64,000 nucleotides of DNA, from NCBI GenBank assembly GCA_023258955.1, contig JAHFRE010000003.1:1952-65951 (forward strand). Direction: 5' to 3'. Below, piece after piece: positions 45,566-54,549 of this stretch (within the stretch, counting starts at the first letter, position 1; every line of letters starts with the position of its first letter). The stretch comes from Sterolibacterium sp. (GTDB taxonomy: Bacteria; Pseudomonadota; Gammaproteobacteria; Burkholderiales; Rhodocyclaceae). Made by a program: the position numbers and the translations under genes. Below the pieces are notes generated by a model. The model had not been told where the DNA came from. It searched no databases and was given only the letters and a program-made list of their open reading frames with translations.

Positions 45566-48532
45566 ATGGCGACGGTGGTCAATGAGCGGGACCTCCTGCT
45601 GGAAGGGGTGTCGCCGCGCTGGGTAAACTCGACGAGTTGCGCGTTGCTCCTCACGACCGACACACCGGCATTCCATGTTTCGACCGGGGGTGCGGGCTCA
45701 CCCACGCTGATCAATATCACGGCGAATTTGGTCATGATTCCCGGCACCGTCACTTGGTCGGTGCTATCAGGGGCCTCGGGTATTACCGCCTCTGGCAACA
45801 GTTGTACGCTCGCCTTTGCCGCCATGACCGCGGCGAGCGCCACCGTTCAGGCAACGATCACCTACAACACCGTCACCTATACCCAGACGGTGGTGATCGC
45901 CAAGGTACTGGATGGCTCCTCCGGGGCGATCGCCTATTCGTTGATCGTGCCGACGGTTGTGTTTCAGTTGTCGGGCACCACGTTTACGCCAGCGAACGAA
46001 ACAATTCAGGCCATGTCGCAGACCGGATCTACGGCGCCGGTCGCCTACGCGGGGCGGTTCGAGGTCTATGAAAACGGTTCGTTGATCTATACCTCGGCCG
46101 CGGATGAGGCGAGCCACGTCTACACACCGACGAGTAGCAGCGTCACAAACGCCAAGGTTGAGTTGTATATGGCCGGTGGCACGACGAATCTCCTCGATAC
46201 GCAGACCATGGCGGTGGTAACGAACGGCACCGCTGGTGCGGACGCCTATATCGCCATCCTAACGAACGAGAATGCGACGTTCCCCTGTGACAGCAGCGGA
46301 ACCATCCTCTCCGGGTTGCCGCTTGCGACGACCTTGCAAGTCTATAAGGGTGCGACCCTTCTGTCGTCTGGCCTGACTTTCTCTGTGGCGAGTAGCAGTG
46401 GTTGCACCACGACCATCAATGCATCAACGGGTGTGGCCAGCGTGACCGCCCTGTCAGCCGACTCAGCGTCAGCCATCTACCAGTGCGTGGTCAGTGGCGG
46501 GCCGACGCTAACGAAGGCGCTGACGCTCTCCAAGGCCAAGGCAGGTGTGACAGGTACGCCAGGCTCCCCCGGTTCGCCCGGCACGCCCGGCGCAGCCGGC
46601 CCGCAGAACGTTACCGTCTATGCGTTTCAGTGGTCGAACGCGGGCGCGGGTGCGCACAGTCAGTCCTTCAGCTACACCTGGTCGGGTGGCGCGATCTCGG
46701 CCTACCCGAGCGGATGGACGGCGTCAGCTGGGGCAGCACCCGGATCGGGCTACACGCTCTACACCCTGGTCCTACCGATTACTGATCCGACCGGGATTGC
46801 CGCTTCCACGGGCGCGAACTGGAGTAGCGCGTCGGTGAGCACCTTGGGCTACCGCCAAGACGGGAGCATTGGCCTCACCGGTTCGCCCGGGGCGACGGGT
46901 GCGTCGGGTAATTCGTCGTTCACGGCCTACCAGGTCAATACGAGCAGCAGCGCGCCAGGCTCGCCGGGGACGGTGGCTGGCAATAGCGCCCCGTCGGGTT
47001 GGACATACACCGCCTCATCGTCGCTGTCCTCGGGGCAGTATATGTGGCAGGTCGATGGGTCGTATAACCCGAACACCGGCTTCACCTCCTGGGGCAATCC
47101 GTATCTCTCGAACCTCAAAGTGGGCTCCCTCTCAGCCCTTGCCGCGGACCTGGGGGTGGTGACGATCAGTTCGGTGGGCAGCCTGAGCAGTGGCGTGGGT
47201 TACGGTGGCGCCGGGGGATTCTTTCTGGGTTACTCCGGCGGCTACAAGTTCTCTGTCTTGAATAGCTCGGGCTATGGCTTGTCCGTCGACACCGCGGGCA
47301 GCACGGTCAACTTCTCCGGCAGCATCAATACCACGGGCTACGTCTTGACCGGCGGGGCGAACTCGTCGAATCCCTATGGGATGAGTACGAGCGGCTTCTT
47401 CAATTCGACGAACAGCGCCACCTATGGGGTGGCTGGGTACTCCGGAACCAACGGCGGGGCGGCGATCTATGGGCACAACACCTCGACCGGTGCAAGTAGC
47501 TACGGTATGTATGGTGTGCAGGATGGCTCCGGTGCGGGGATCTACGGTTGGGCCTCATCGGTCAGCTCAGCGGGGGCGTCGGGTGTGACCGGTGCGTGCC
47601 AGAACGGCAACCAGTATGGGGTCATGGCGTACAACTATGGCAGCGGCACCGCGCTCTACTGCAGTGGTCATGCTGAAGTCACGGGCGTCACGTTCCATGA
47701 CAGCACCGCGGCCGTCACGGGCCTAAACAATAGCGTCAATCACAACGCCGGTCTGGAACTGGGCTACTCGACCAACGCCTATGTCAATGCCTGCTCAAGG
47801 ACCGGCGGCTCGCCGTCATTCCTGCCCATGAAGATATGGGGAACGAGCTTCCTCTTTGGGGACAACACCGGCGACTGGGGTGGCTGGGACGCGAACAAGA
47901 ATTTCAGTGTTTCGTCCGGCACGATTCGCGCGACCGGTGTTGGCAGTTCCTTCGCTAATGGCGCCAGTGTCGAACTGGCCTACGCCGGCGGGGGCTATTT
48001 GGCCTGCGGCACGCGAAGTGGCGGCGTTCTCACTGGAACCGTGCTGAACATTTGGGGCAGCCAATTGGTCTTTGGGCCGGTGGGGGGCGTTTGGCATGTC
48101 ATGGATCAGTATGGGTGCCTGTTGGCCGGCTACGGCACATCGGCCGGTACGACCTACAAGCTTCAATCGAGCAGCCAGATCGCCGCAACGAATGCCTCGA
48201 TCTACGTCCCATCCGACGCTCGCCTGAAAGAGAACATCGCGCCGCTCGAGAGTTGCCTTGCCCAGATCCTGCTGCTGGAGCCGGTCACCTTTACCTACAA
48301 GCCCAGCGACCAATTCAAGCACGCCGAGGGTACGCAGATCGGCTTCATCGCGCAGGAGGTTGAGCGGGTCCTTGCGGGCGAAATCTACCTCGATCAAATC
48401 ATCCATACGAGCGATAGCCGGGAGGGCGAGGTCCCGAATCAGAAGATCATGGGGGAAACCCACTTGATCCCCCTGCTGGTGAAAGCCGTGCAAGAGCTCA
48501 AAACAGAAATTGACGAACTGAAAGGAAGATGA
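45566..48532 (+). CDS. Tail fibre/spike with short collagen-like G-X-Y runs and C-terminal S74 intramolecular chaperone domain
   Basis: G-X-Y runs at 46544..46603 (GVTGTPGSPGSPGTPGAAGP) and 46871..46909. SDARLKENI...GFIAQEVE...LIPLLVKAVQEL (48212..48529) is the peptidase S74 signature. Confidence 0.8.
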   Translation: MATVVNERDLLLEGVSPRWVNSTSCALLLTTDTPAFHVSTGGAGSPTLINITANLVMIPGTVTWSVLSGASGITASGNSCTLAFAAMTAASATVQATITYNTVTYTQTVVIAKVLDGSSGAIAYSLIVPTVVFQLSGTTFTPANETIQAMSQTGSTAPVAYAGRFEVYENGSLIYTSAADEASHVYTPTSSSVTNAKVELYMAGGTTNLLDTQTMAVVTNGTAGADAYIAILTNENATFPCDSSGTILSGLPLATTLQVYKGATLLSSGLTFSVASSSGCTTTINASTGVASVTALSADSASAIYQCVVSGGPTLTKALTLSKAKAGVTGTPGSPGSPGTPGAAGPQNVTVYAFQWSNAGAGAHSQSFSYTWSGGAISAYPSGWTASAGAAPGSGYTLYTLVLPITDPTGIAASTGANWSSASVSTLGYRQDGSIGLTGSPGATGASGNSSFTAYQVNTSSSAPGSPGTVAGNSAPSGWTYTASSSLSSGQYMWQVDGSYNPNTGFTSWGNPYLSNLKVGSLSALAADLGVVTISSVGSLSSGVGYGGAGGFFLGYSGGYKFSVLNSSGYGLSVDTAGSTVNFSGSINTTGYVLTGGANSSNPYGMSTSGFFNSTNSATYGVAGYSGTNGGAAIYGHNTSTGASSYGMYGVQDGSGAGIYGWASSVSSAGASGVTGACQNGNQYGVMAYNYGSGTALYCSGHAEVTGVTFHDSTAAVTGLNNSVNHNAGLELGYSTNAYVNACSRTGGSPSFLPMKIWGTSFLFGDNTGDWGGWDANKNFSVSSGTIRATGVGSSFANGASVELAYAGGGYLACGTRSGGVLTGTVLNIWGSQLVFGPVGGVWHVMDQYGCLLAGYGTSAGTTYKLQSSSQIAATNASIYVPSDARLKENIAPLESCLAQILLLEPVTFTYKPSDQFKHAEGTQIGFIAQEVERVLAGEIYLDQIIHTSDSREGEVPNQKIMGETHLIPLLVKAVQELKTEIDELKGR

Positions 48533-48533
48533 C

Positions 48534-48878
48534 ATGGGTAGGCAGATCACCGTTCCTGCTGTGCCGGCGCAAACGCTGCAGGAGGAAATCGTAGGCGTGC
48601 AGCACACCTTGGGGAAGCAAGTGATTGCGCATGTCGCCATTGGCGTCATGGTCGACACCCCGGTGGCGATTCCTGGCGACACGCCGATGACGCCAAGGTA
48701 CAGGATGAAGAGTATCTTCACCATGGCGAAGAACGAAGTCCAGGGCTACACGATCGAGGGCTACGACTACGACGAGCTGATGTCGGCGGGTCCTTCCTGG
48801 GCGCCGGGCAAGAAAGCGGGAAAGTTTCAGCCGGACGATCTTTGGCTTTACATTGACAAGCAGCGGGCCGCTCAGTGA
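48534..48878 (+). CDS. Hypothetical tail-module protein
   Basis: Starts 2 nt after the fibre stop. Confidence 0.5.
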   Translation: MGRQITVPAVPAQTLQEEIVGVQHTLGKQVIAHVAIGVMVDTPVAIPGDTPMTPRYRMKSIFTMAKNEVQGYTIEGYDYDELMSAGPSWAPGKKAGKFQPDDLWLYIDKQRAAQ

Positions 48879-49705
48879 ACAACCTGCGCATCGTCTATGA
48901 CAATGCGGTCAACCGAACATCTTCGCTCACCGCCTCGAGTACCGCAGGCTCCCTGGTCGCAGCCAACCTGCTCACCGATATCAAGTCGCAGACCTGGCGG
49001 GCGACAGGAACTTCGGCCACGCTGACAGCCACCTTGGCGGCAAACGAGACCATTGCCTGTGTCGCGTTGCCATTTGTGAATTTCACATCCGGCGCGACCA
49101 TTCGAGTGCGCGGCTATGCCACGCCCAGTGGCACGCTCTTGATCGACACGGGTGCGGTTGCGGCTTGCGCATCGGTGCCGGCAGGGTTGAAAGGTTGGGG
49201 CACTCGATCCCTTGGGGCCAATGCCTTTGCCTACAACGGGGGGGCTTATGCCTATGCCTGGTTTGCGCCGACTGTGGTTCAGCAGTTGGTCATTGATCTC
49301 GCGGACTCGGGCAACCCTGCGGGATATATCGAGGTCTCGCGGCTGGTGGTGGGTAATTACTGGTCGCCGACCTACAACGCCGACTACGGCGTGACCCTGA
49401 CGCCAGCGGACCAGAGCAAGCAATTCCGGACCGACGCGGGCGATTTGCTGACTGACTTGGGCACGCGCAGCCGGTCTATGAAACTCAACCTGTCCAATAT
49501 GCCAGCCACCGACCGGCTGGCGATGACGAATCTCTTGACCGGCAACGGGCTGTCAGCGCCGGTGTTCTTTAGTTTGTACCCGGGCAGTAGCGATCCGGCC
49601 CTCGAGCAAACCTTCTCGATTTACGCAAAGCTCTCGGCAATCTCGTCAATCACAGCCAACTTGCCTGGGGTCTTTGTCGCGCCGCTGGAGTTGGAAGAAG
49701 TCTAG
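48875..49705 (+). CDS. Hypothetical tail-module protein
   Basis: GTGA overlap start. Beta-rich. Last gene before a strong terminator. Confidence 0.55.
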   Translation: MNNLRIVYDNAVNRTSSLTASSTAGSLVAANLLTDIKSQTWRATGTSATLTATLAANETIACVALPFVNFTSGATIRVRGYATPSGTLLIDTGAVAACASVPAGLKGWGTRSLGANAFAYNGGAYAYAWFAPTVVQQLVIDLADSGNPAGYIEVSRLVVGNYWSPTYNADYGVTLTPADQSKQFRTDAGDLLTDLGTRSRSMKLNLSNMPATDRLAMTNLLTGNGLSAPVFFSLYPGSSDPALEQTFSIYAKLSAISSITANLPGVFVAPLELEEV

Positions 49706-49736
49706 AAGCCAAGCAGGAAGGCAGTGTAGTCCCACC

Positions 49737-49764
49737 GGGCCGTCATTCGACGGCCCTTTCTTTT
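49737..49764 (+). terminator. Rho-independent terminator ending the tail operon
   Basis: GGGCCGTC-ATTC-GACGGCCC followed by TTTCTTTT. Confidence 0.75.
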
Positions 49765-49775
49765 GGAGGTGACCC

Positions 49776-50459
49776 ATGAGAGTTCTACTTCGTTGCACCC
49801 TGATCGCCACGCTTCTTCTTGCTGGATGTGCGACCCAGGCCGAGAAGCAAGCTGCAGCCGATCACCACTACGAGGCGCAAAAGGAGTTTGTGACCGCCAG
49901 TGCTGCCGCGCAGCGCCCCATCTTTGAGCTTGAGGGGGTCGATGGCCAGACGATCAATCTGTCGGGTGTCAGGGCGCTGCGCGTCTTTGGCCCGAACAAC
50001 CAGCAGGCCCAGTTTCAAGCCGCCCCCGTGGAGCCCAGCCCCTGGATCGAGTCGCTCAAGATCGCCAAGGAACTGACCCTTGGGATTGCGCCCATCTATC
50101 TGGGCGGCAAGGTGCTGGGAACCATGAACAAGATGTCGGACAACATTGCATCTGGCCGCGGACCCGTGACCACGACGACCGCCACGACTACGACGAACAC
50201 GGCCACAACGAGTAACGCCAACCAGCAGAACACGACCACGACCAGCAACGCCAATCAACAGAACACAACGACGCAGACCCTGGGGAGTAACAGCGTTCTT
50301 GGCTCGGGCACCTCGAGCAATCCCGTGACGACGTCGACCAATACGAGTTCGACCAATTCGACGACAACCAATACGACGTCGACCAACAACACACCGACCA
50401 CAACCACCAGCACGACCACGAATAGCAATCATGGCACGTGCACCACCGGGACATGCTGA
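49776..50459 (+). CDS. Lipoprotein with Thr/Asn-rich low-complexity C-terminal half
   Basis: Signal peptide with lipobox LLAGC (Cys18). Residues 131-227 are almost entirely T/N/S/Q, with SNANQQNTTT duplicated. Ends HGTCTTGTC. Confidence 0.7.
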   Translation: MRVLLRCTLIATLLLAGCATQAEKQAAADHHYEAQKEFVTASAAAQRPIFELEGVDGQTINLSGVRALRVFGPNNQQAQFQAAPVEPSPWIESLKIAKELTLGIAPIYLGGKVLGTMNKMSDNIASGRGPVTTTTATTTTNTATTSNANQQNTTTTSNANQQNTTTQTLGSNSVLGSGTSSNPVTTSTNTSSTNSTTTNTTSTNNTPTTTTSTTTNSNHGTCTTGTC

Positions 50460-50460
50460 T

Positions 50461-50769
50461 ATGGATGACAGGAGAGCGACACCCGACGCCGAATACAAAT
50501 CGCTGCTGATGGCCCACATCGCGGAGGAGGAGGGCCTCTTTCGGGGAATCAAGTTGCTGGGTGCCATTCTCGCTGCGCTCTTCAGCGTCCTGGTCTGGAT
50601 CTTTATCCAGAAGTCGGACGACATTAAGGCCATGCAGCAGACCTTGAACCAGCACTCTATTCAGATCAGCGAGACCCTGGTGATCCTGAAGACCGCCATT
50701 GAGAACGACCGGCGACAGCAGGACAGCATCGAGCAGACGCGGGAGCAGTTGTGGAAGCGCGGCAAATGA
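50461..50769 (+). CDS. Single-pass membrane protein with coiled-coil C-terminus (i-spanin or holin-associated candidate)
   Basis: One TM helix (LLGAILAALFSVLVWIFI) followed by a charged helical tail. Overlaps the endolysin start (ATGA). Confidence 0.5.
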   Translation: MDDRRATPDAEYKSLLMAHIAEEEGLFRGIKLLGAILAALFSVLVWIFIQKSDDIKAMQQTLNQHSIQISETLVILKTAIENDRRQQDSIEQTREQLWKRGK

Positions 50770-51212
50770 ACTTTCTCTCTGCGCATTTCACACTGGAAGA
50801 GCTGACGCGCAGCCCGTATGCCGAGCGCTGGGGCATCGACAACACGCCACCTACCGAGGTACTGGCCAATCTGGGGCTACTTGCGGCGGGCCTGGAGCGG
50901 GTGCGGACCGTCTTGTCGATGCCGATCCATGTCGACAGTGGGTATCGCTGTCCGAAGCTGAACAGTGCGATCAAGGGCGCCCGGGACAGCGCGCACATGC
51001 TGGGCTTGGCGGCCGACATCATTTGCCCGGGTTTCGGCACGCCGCTGGAAATCGCTCAGGCGCTGATCGAGCAAGAGCAGTTGGTCGGCTTCGACACGCT
51101 GATCCAGGAGGGGTCGTGGCTGCATGTTGCCTTTGCCGACGAACCTCGGTCTCGGGTGCTGACGGCGCACTTTGGCAATGGCAGCACAACCTACACGGAG
51201 GGATTGTCATGA
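50766..51212 (+). CDS. Endolysin, peptidase M15 (D-Ala-D-Ala carboxypeptidase-like) family
   Basis: HFTLEELTRS...VDSGYRCPKLN...S.H..G.AADI matches the zinc-ligand pattern (H, D, H). Confidence 0.8.
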   Translation: MNFLSAHFTLEELTRSPYAERWGIDNTPPTEVLANLGLLAAGLERVRTVLSMPIHVDSGYRCPKLNSAIKGARDSAHMLGLAADIICPGFGTPLEIAQALIEQEQLVGFDTLIQEGSWLHVAFADEPRSRVLTAHFGNGSTTYTEGLS

Positions 51213-51388
51213 GCAACATGAACGATGCACAACTCAAGATGCTGGCCGCTGCTGCGCTCCTCGCGGTCTGGGGTGCGCTGGTTGCGTTCGGCCAGACGGA
51301 TGCCGACGCATACGTCAATTTCATCCAGAGCGCGCTGGTCGGTCTGGGCGTCTTCCATGCAGCGCTGACTATCCCACCAAAGGAGTGA
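51209..51388 (+). CDS. Small membrane protein (holin/antiholin candidate)
   Basis: ATGA overlap with the endolysin stop; two hydrophobic segments. Confidence 0.5.
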   Translation: MSNMNDAQLKMLAAAALLAVWGALVAFGQTDADAYVNFIQSALVGLGVFHAALTIPPKE

Positions 51389-51390
51389 CC

Positions 51391-51675
51391 GTGATTACCG
51401 AAATGATCGAGGCGCTGCAGGCCGGCAAACAGCTAGAAAACAGTGCGGGGTGGAAAAATGCGCAAGCCACAGCCAATGCAATCGCCGCCATTATCGCGGC
51501 GGGAGTTTCCGGGCTCTCGCTCTTCGGTGTCCATCTGCCGATCACCCATGAGCAGATCGTTACGTTGGGCAGTGCTGGTGCTGTGCTGCTCGGCCTGTTC
51601 AACAGCTATACGACTGCCGCCACCTCTAAGTCCGTTGGTCTGCCGCCCAAAGGCCCACCTGATCCTGAACCCTGA
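51391..51675 (+). CDS. Small membrane protein (holin candidate)
   Basis: GTG with AAGGAG upstream; two hydrophobic helices. Confidence 0.5.
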   Translation: MITEMIEALQAGKQLENSAGWKNAQATANAIAAIIAAGVSGLSLFGVHLPITHEQIVTLGSAGAVLLGLFNSYTTAATSKSVGLPPKGPPDPEP

Positions 51676-51722
51676 ATGTGAGCCGCCGGCGGATAACCCG
51701 GAGGCCCCTGCAGTGCAAGATT

Positions 51723-51755
51723 GCCCGCTCACCACCCTGGTCAGCGGGCTTTTTG
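51723..51755 (+). terminator. Rho-independent terminator
   Basis: GCCCGCT-13 nt-AGCGGGC followed by TTTTTGTT. Confidence 0.7.
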
Positions 51756-51790
51756 TTGGTGTTGGTTGTCAATTCTAAAGGAGAAACAAT

Positions 51791-52042
51791 ATGCCCCAAG
51801 TCGTAACGCTGGCCCTCTCAATCCTGTCGTTCCTCGTCAGCAACAAGGCGCAGATCGTGCAGGTCATCACGGAAATTGAACTCTTGATTCCGGATGCGCC
51901 CGGTGCCACCAAGGCGGCAGCGGTCAAGTCGTTCATCGCTACATCGCTCGGAGTCGAGGCGCAGGTCGAGCAGGCATGGCCGCTGGTGGGGCCGCTATTC
52001 AATGCCCTTGTGGCACTGGTGAAGTCGCCAAAGGCGGCGTGA
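51791..52042 (+). CDS. Small N-terminal-TM protein (possibly LL-H-type holin-like); last gene of the prophage
   Basis: N-terminal hydrophobic helix. Its C-terminal 54 codons are repeated at 56187..56348. Confidence 0.5.
   Translation: MPQVVTLALSILSFLVSNKAQIVQVITEIELLIPDAPGATKAAAVKSFIATSLGVEAQVEQAWPLVGPLFNALVALVKSPKAA
51881..52042 (+). repeat. Copy 1 of the diverged 162-nt repeat (3' end of the holin-like gene)
   Basis: LLIPDAPGATKAAAVKSFIATSLGVEAQVEQAWPLVGPLFNALVALVKSPKAA versus LLIHDAPGATKAEAAKTFIASSLGIEAQVEQAWPLVGPLFNALVALVKEPKTA. Confidence 0.9.
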
Positions 52043-52109
52043 TAGGTCTTATCGGGCATCCTGCCGCGCCCAGGTGCAATGCTTGGGCGGTGGCGGGGTG
52101 CCCCAATGG

Positions 52110-52697
52110 CTACTTCGTAGGAGCAGGTGCAGTAGCCGGCTGATCCGAGTTTGCTGCCTCGAAAGCAGCATAGCCTTGCTGTACTAGCTGACTCGTTCTG
52201 TCGATATTGCTTGCAATGTCGCCATTCAACACCTGGAGTCCTTGCAAAATATCCTTCGCCTCATTCAGGCCTTGTGCGAAGCCTTTGCGTATGGTAGCCA
52301 TGAAATTCGTTAGCGCTTCAGGCATGGACATTTCCGGATGCTGTTTCTTGTAGGCGTCGAAGAAACCTGTCGACAGAGTCACAATTCGGTCAGCGGTACC
52401 TTGTGGCGTGTTGTCCTGGCTAGCAGCGCTCTGGATTGCGTTGGCACCCAATGTCGGTTGCAGGTTCGCGTTGATCTTGTCAACAGCCGACTTGAACAGC
52501 AGCGTAAGCGCTTGATTACCCGTTTCAATTGAAACTGATAGCGAAGCCTGAACGATAGAGATATTCAATTGCGCCTTCGCATCGCCTTGGATTGAGCTGC
52601 TCTTGCTCGGTGACGATGTCGACGTTGCAGTCACGCTCGAAGTGCTTGCGTCAGATGGTTGAGGGACAACGGTACTAGGGATGATATTGAGGGCCAT
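52110..52697 (-). CDS. DUF5610-like protein
   Basis: TADRIVTLSTGFFDAYKKQHP......F...IRKGFAQGLNEAKDIL matches my memory of DUF5610. Confidence 0.5.
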   Translation of the reverse strand: MALNIIPSTVVPQPSDASTSSVTATSTSSPSKSSSIQGDAKAQLNISIVQASLSVSIETGNQALTLLFKSAVDKINANLQPTLGANAIQSAASQDNTPQGTADRIVTLSTGFFDAYKKQHPEMSMPEALTNFMATIRKGFAQGLNEAKDILQGLQVLNGDIASNIDRTSQLVQQGYAAFEAANSDQPATAPAPTK

Positions 52698-52777
52698 GGC
52701 GGTCTACCAAAGAGACTCTGCGATAACTAGCTATCGGCGCTATCCTGAGAAACTAAAGGACGCAGGCAGTATTTGTG

Positions 52778-53230
52778 CTATTTGTCGTGAGGATTGAAGG
52801 GTTTTGGCAATTGCGGCGTATCCCACTGCGGGGCCGGATCTCTTTCGGCCAATTCCAGCAGGAGTTGGCCGCCTTTCTCTTCATCGAAGAGATCGTGGAT
52901 GAATTTGTAGGAGCAATTCACCACGTCGACCATCAGCGCCTTCATCTCCGAGTCGTTCAGGCGCGATACATCTTTCCATGGAATCACGTCAGACGGAGTA
53001 TGGACCGTCACGTCCGTGTAGTCCCCGGTCTCTGATTGAATCCGCTTTCCGCAATGAAACTCCTCCAAAACAGTATTGCGAAAGCATCGCAGGGCCATAT
53101 ATTTGGCAAGACGTTGCTGCATCACGGGGTCAGTCACCAGCGCTTTGAGCGCACTTTCCATATTTCCCTCTCCGCAATATTGCATCCTATCCGCCTCTGT
53201 CACGCCCCGATCTTTATCCATCCATTCCAC
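52778..53230 (-). CDS. Hypothetical protein
   Basis: 150-codon ORF. Its start overlaps the 3' end of the upstream gene; alternative ATGs at 53221 and 53185. Confidence 0.45.
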   Translation of the reverse strand: MEWMDKDRGVTEADRMQYCGEGNMESALKALVTDPVMQQRLAKYMALRCFRNTVLEEFHCGKRIQSETGDYTDVTVHTPSDVIPWKDVSRLNDSEMKALMVDVVNCSYKFIHDLFDEEKGGQLLLELAERDPAPQWDTPQLPKPFNPHDK

Positions 53231-53835
53231 AATAATCTGGAAATCGCCGCATTTGCTGCCTGGCGGTCAAAGCGTTCTGGGTCAAAATCCAGCCCTGCCC
53301 ATTCCCGAGCTTCGTTTGCCTCGTGGCCGTACGGCTCATTCTCCAGAATTGCGAGCATCTCCTGGTACGCACCAGCGCCACCGGTATCCTCTGGTGGGCA
53401 GGCGTGCGCGCCAGATTCAACCCAAGCATCACCAGCGCCGTCATTGGAATCATCTATGTCTTCGATCGCTTCGACGGTGATACGATGCTTCCAGCTATCG
53501 CCAAAATCATAGATATAGACGCAGACGTTGCCGACGTCCAGCAGCTGGTTGAGGCGAAATTGGCTTTCATCGAGTAATTTCCATTCGAGATCACTATCAT
53601 CGGGGTCAGGAACCCCGTAGCGCTTCTTGTTCATCTCGAATTGATGCAAATGTGCGTCTGACCAGCCCATTGCCGCTTGTAGGACATGGTGCAGTACGTC
53701 GAGTCTGGCACGGCCATCGATGTAGAGGCGGCGCCAAATCACCGGCTTGATCTCCAGCATCTCTACGTACAGCGTGTAGAGGCGTGGCGAGGACTGCCTC
53801 TTGCTCTGCTTCTTCTTGGGCGTGGTGGCTAGCAT
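53200..53835 (-). CDS. pRiA4b ORF-3-like (PF07929-type) protein
   Basis: LYTLYVEMLEIKPVIWRRL......L..LH.VLQAAMGW.D.HLH.F........YIYDFGDSW.H.I.VE is the signature I recall for this family. Confidence 0.7.
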   Translation of the reverse strand: MLATTPKKKQSKRQSSPRLYTLYVEMLEIKPVIWRRLYIDGRARLDVLHHVLQAAMGWSDAHLHQFEMNKKRYGVPDPDDSDLEWKLLDESQFRLNQLLDVGNVCVYIYDFGDSWKHRITVEAIEDIDDSNDGAGDAWVESGAHACPPEDTGGAGAYQEMLAILENEPYGHEANEAREWAGLDFDPERFDRQAANAAISRLLWNGWIKIGA

Positions 53836-53988
53836 GGCAGTCTGCACCTCTCCTACACAAAACAAGAACGGCCTTGATGCCAAATGGCAATTGTATGCCA
53901 ATGCGCTCGACGAGACGGCATGGCTCATTTGGCAAATGGGGCGCTTGTGTATAGTAGAGCCTTTTCTCGATAAACAGGAAGAGCCAAA

Positions 53989-54426
53989 GTGCCAAATATT
54001 GCGTCAGTGCTAAAGGAAGAAATTGCTCGAGTTGCGCGAAAAGAGCTGCGCAACGAAACCGAGAAACTAAAGAAGGCGTCGGCGCAGTATCGGTCAGATA
54101 TTGCCGCGTTGAAGCGGCGGCTGGCAATACTGGAGCAGCAGGTTTCTCGTCTTGACAAGAACGCCGCCAAGAAAATGGTAGAGCCCGCGGAATCCGATGA
54201 ACTCGGTCGAGCCCGGTTTTCCGCAAAAGGATTCTGCACCTTGCGAGCGAAGCTTGGGCTGACCGCGGCCCAGATGGGTACCCTCGTCGGTGTGTCAGCC
54301 CAGACAATCTACAACTGGGAAACCGAGAAATCGACCCCTCGACAATCGCAGATGGCGGCCATTGTTGCCGTAAGGGGCATGGGAAAGAGGGAAGCTGCCG
54401 CTCATCTTAACCAGATGACAGAGTAG
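53989..54426 (+). CDS. Coiled-coil plus XRE-type HTH protein
   Basis: GTG start. N-terminal heptad-rich region. C-terminal LRAKLGLTAAQMGTLVGVSAQTIYNWE forms the HTH. Confidence 0.6.
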   Translation: MPNIASVLKEEIARVARKELRNETEKLKKASAQYRSDIAALKRRLAILEQQVSRLDKNAAKKMVEPAESDELGRARFSAKGFCTLRAKLGLTAAQMGTLVGVSAQTIYNWETEKSTPRQSQMAAIVAVRGMGKREAAAHLNQMTE

Positions 54427-54549
54427 GTCAGGGGCATTGCAGGTGCCGTCAATTAGGGCGACAGTCATAGGCGACGCGTTTAACCAGTCCGGCCAGGCGA
54501 TCGAATTCTGCTGCATGCAGGGGAACCAGGCATTGATACAGGCTCCCGG

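Larger units (their letters stand above)
3979..52068. mobile_element. Siphovirus-type prophage with HK97-like head genes (replication, packaging, head, tail, lysis modules); left end not in window
   Basis: Uninterrupted run of recognisable phage genes, nearly all on the + strand. No integrase, repressor or att site seen, so the element probably continues left of base 1. Right limit is set where similarity between the two holin-like 3' copies (51881.. and 56187..) fades, about 25 nt past the stop at 52042. Confidence 0.85.

Noticed and set aside
44834-45676. Antisense ORFs in the tail genes (44834..45676, 47816..48724, 49785..50633, 43991..44665)
   Set aside because: Off-frame Arg/Gly-rich products opposite well-packed + strand structural genes.
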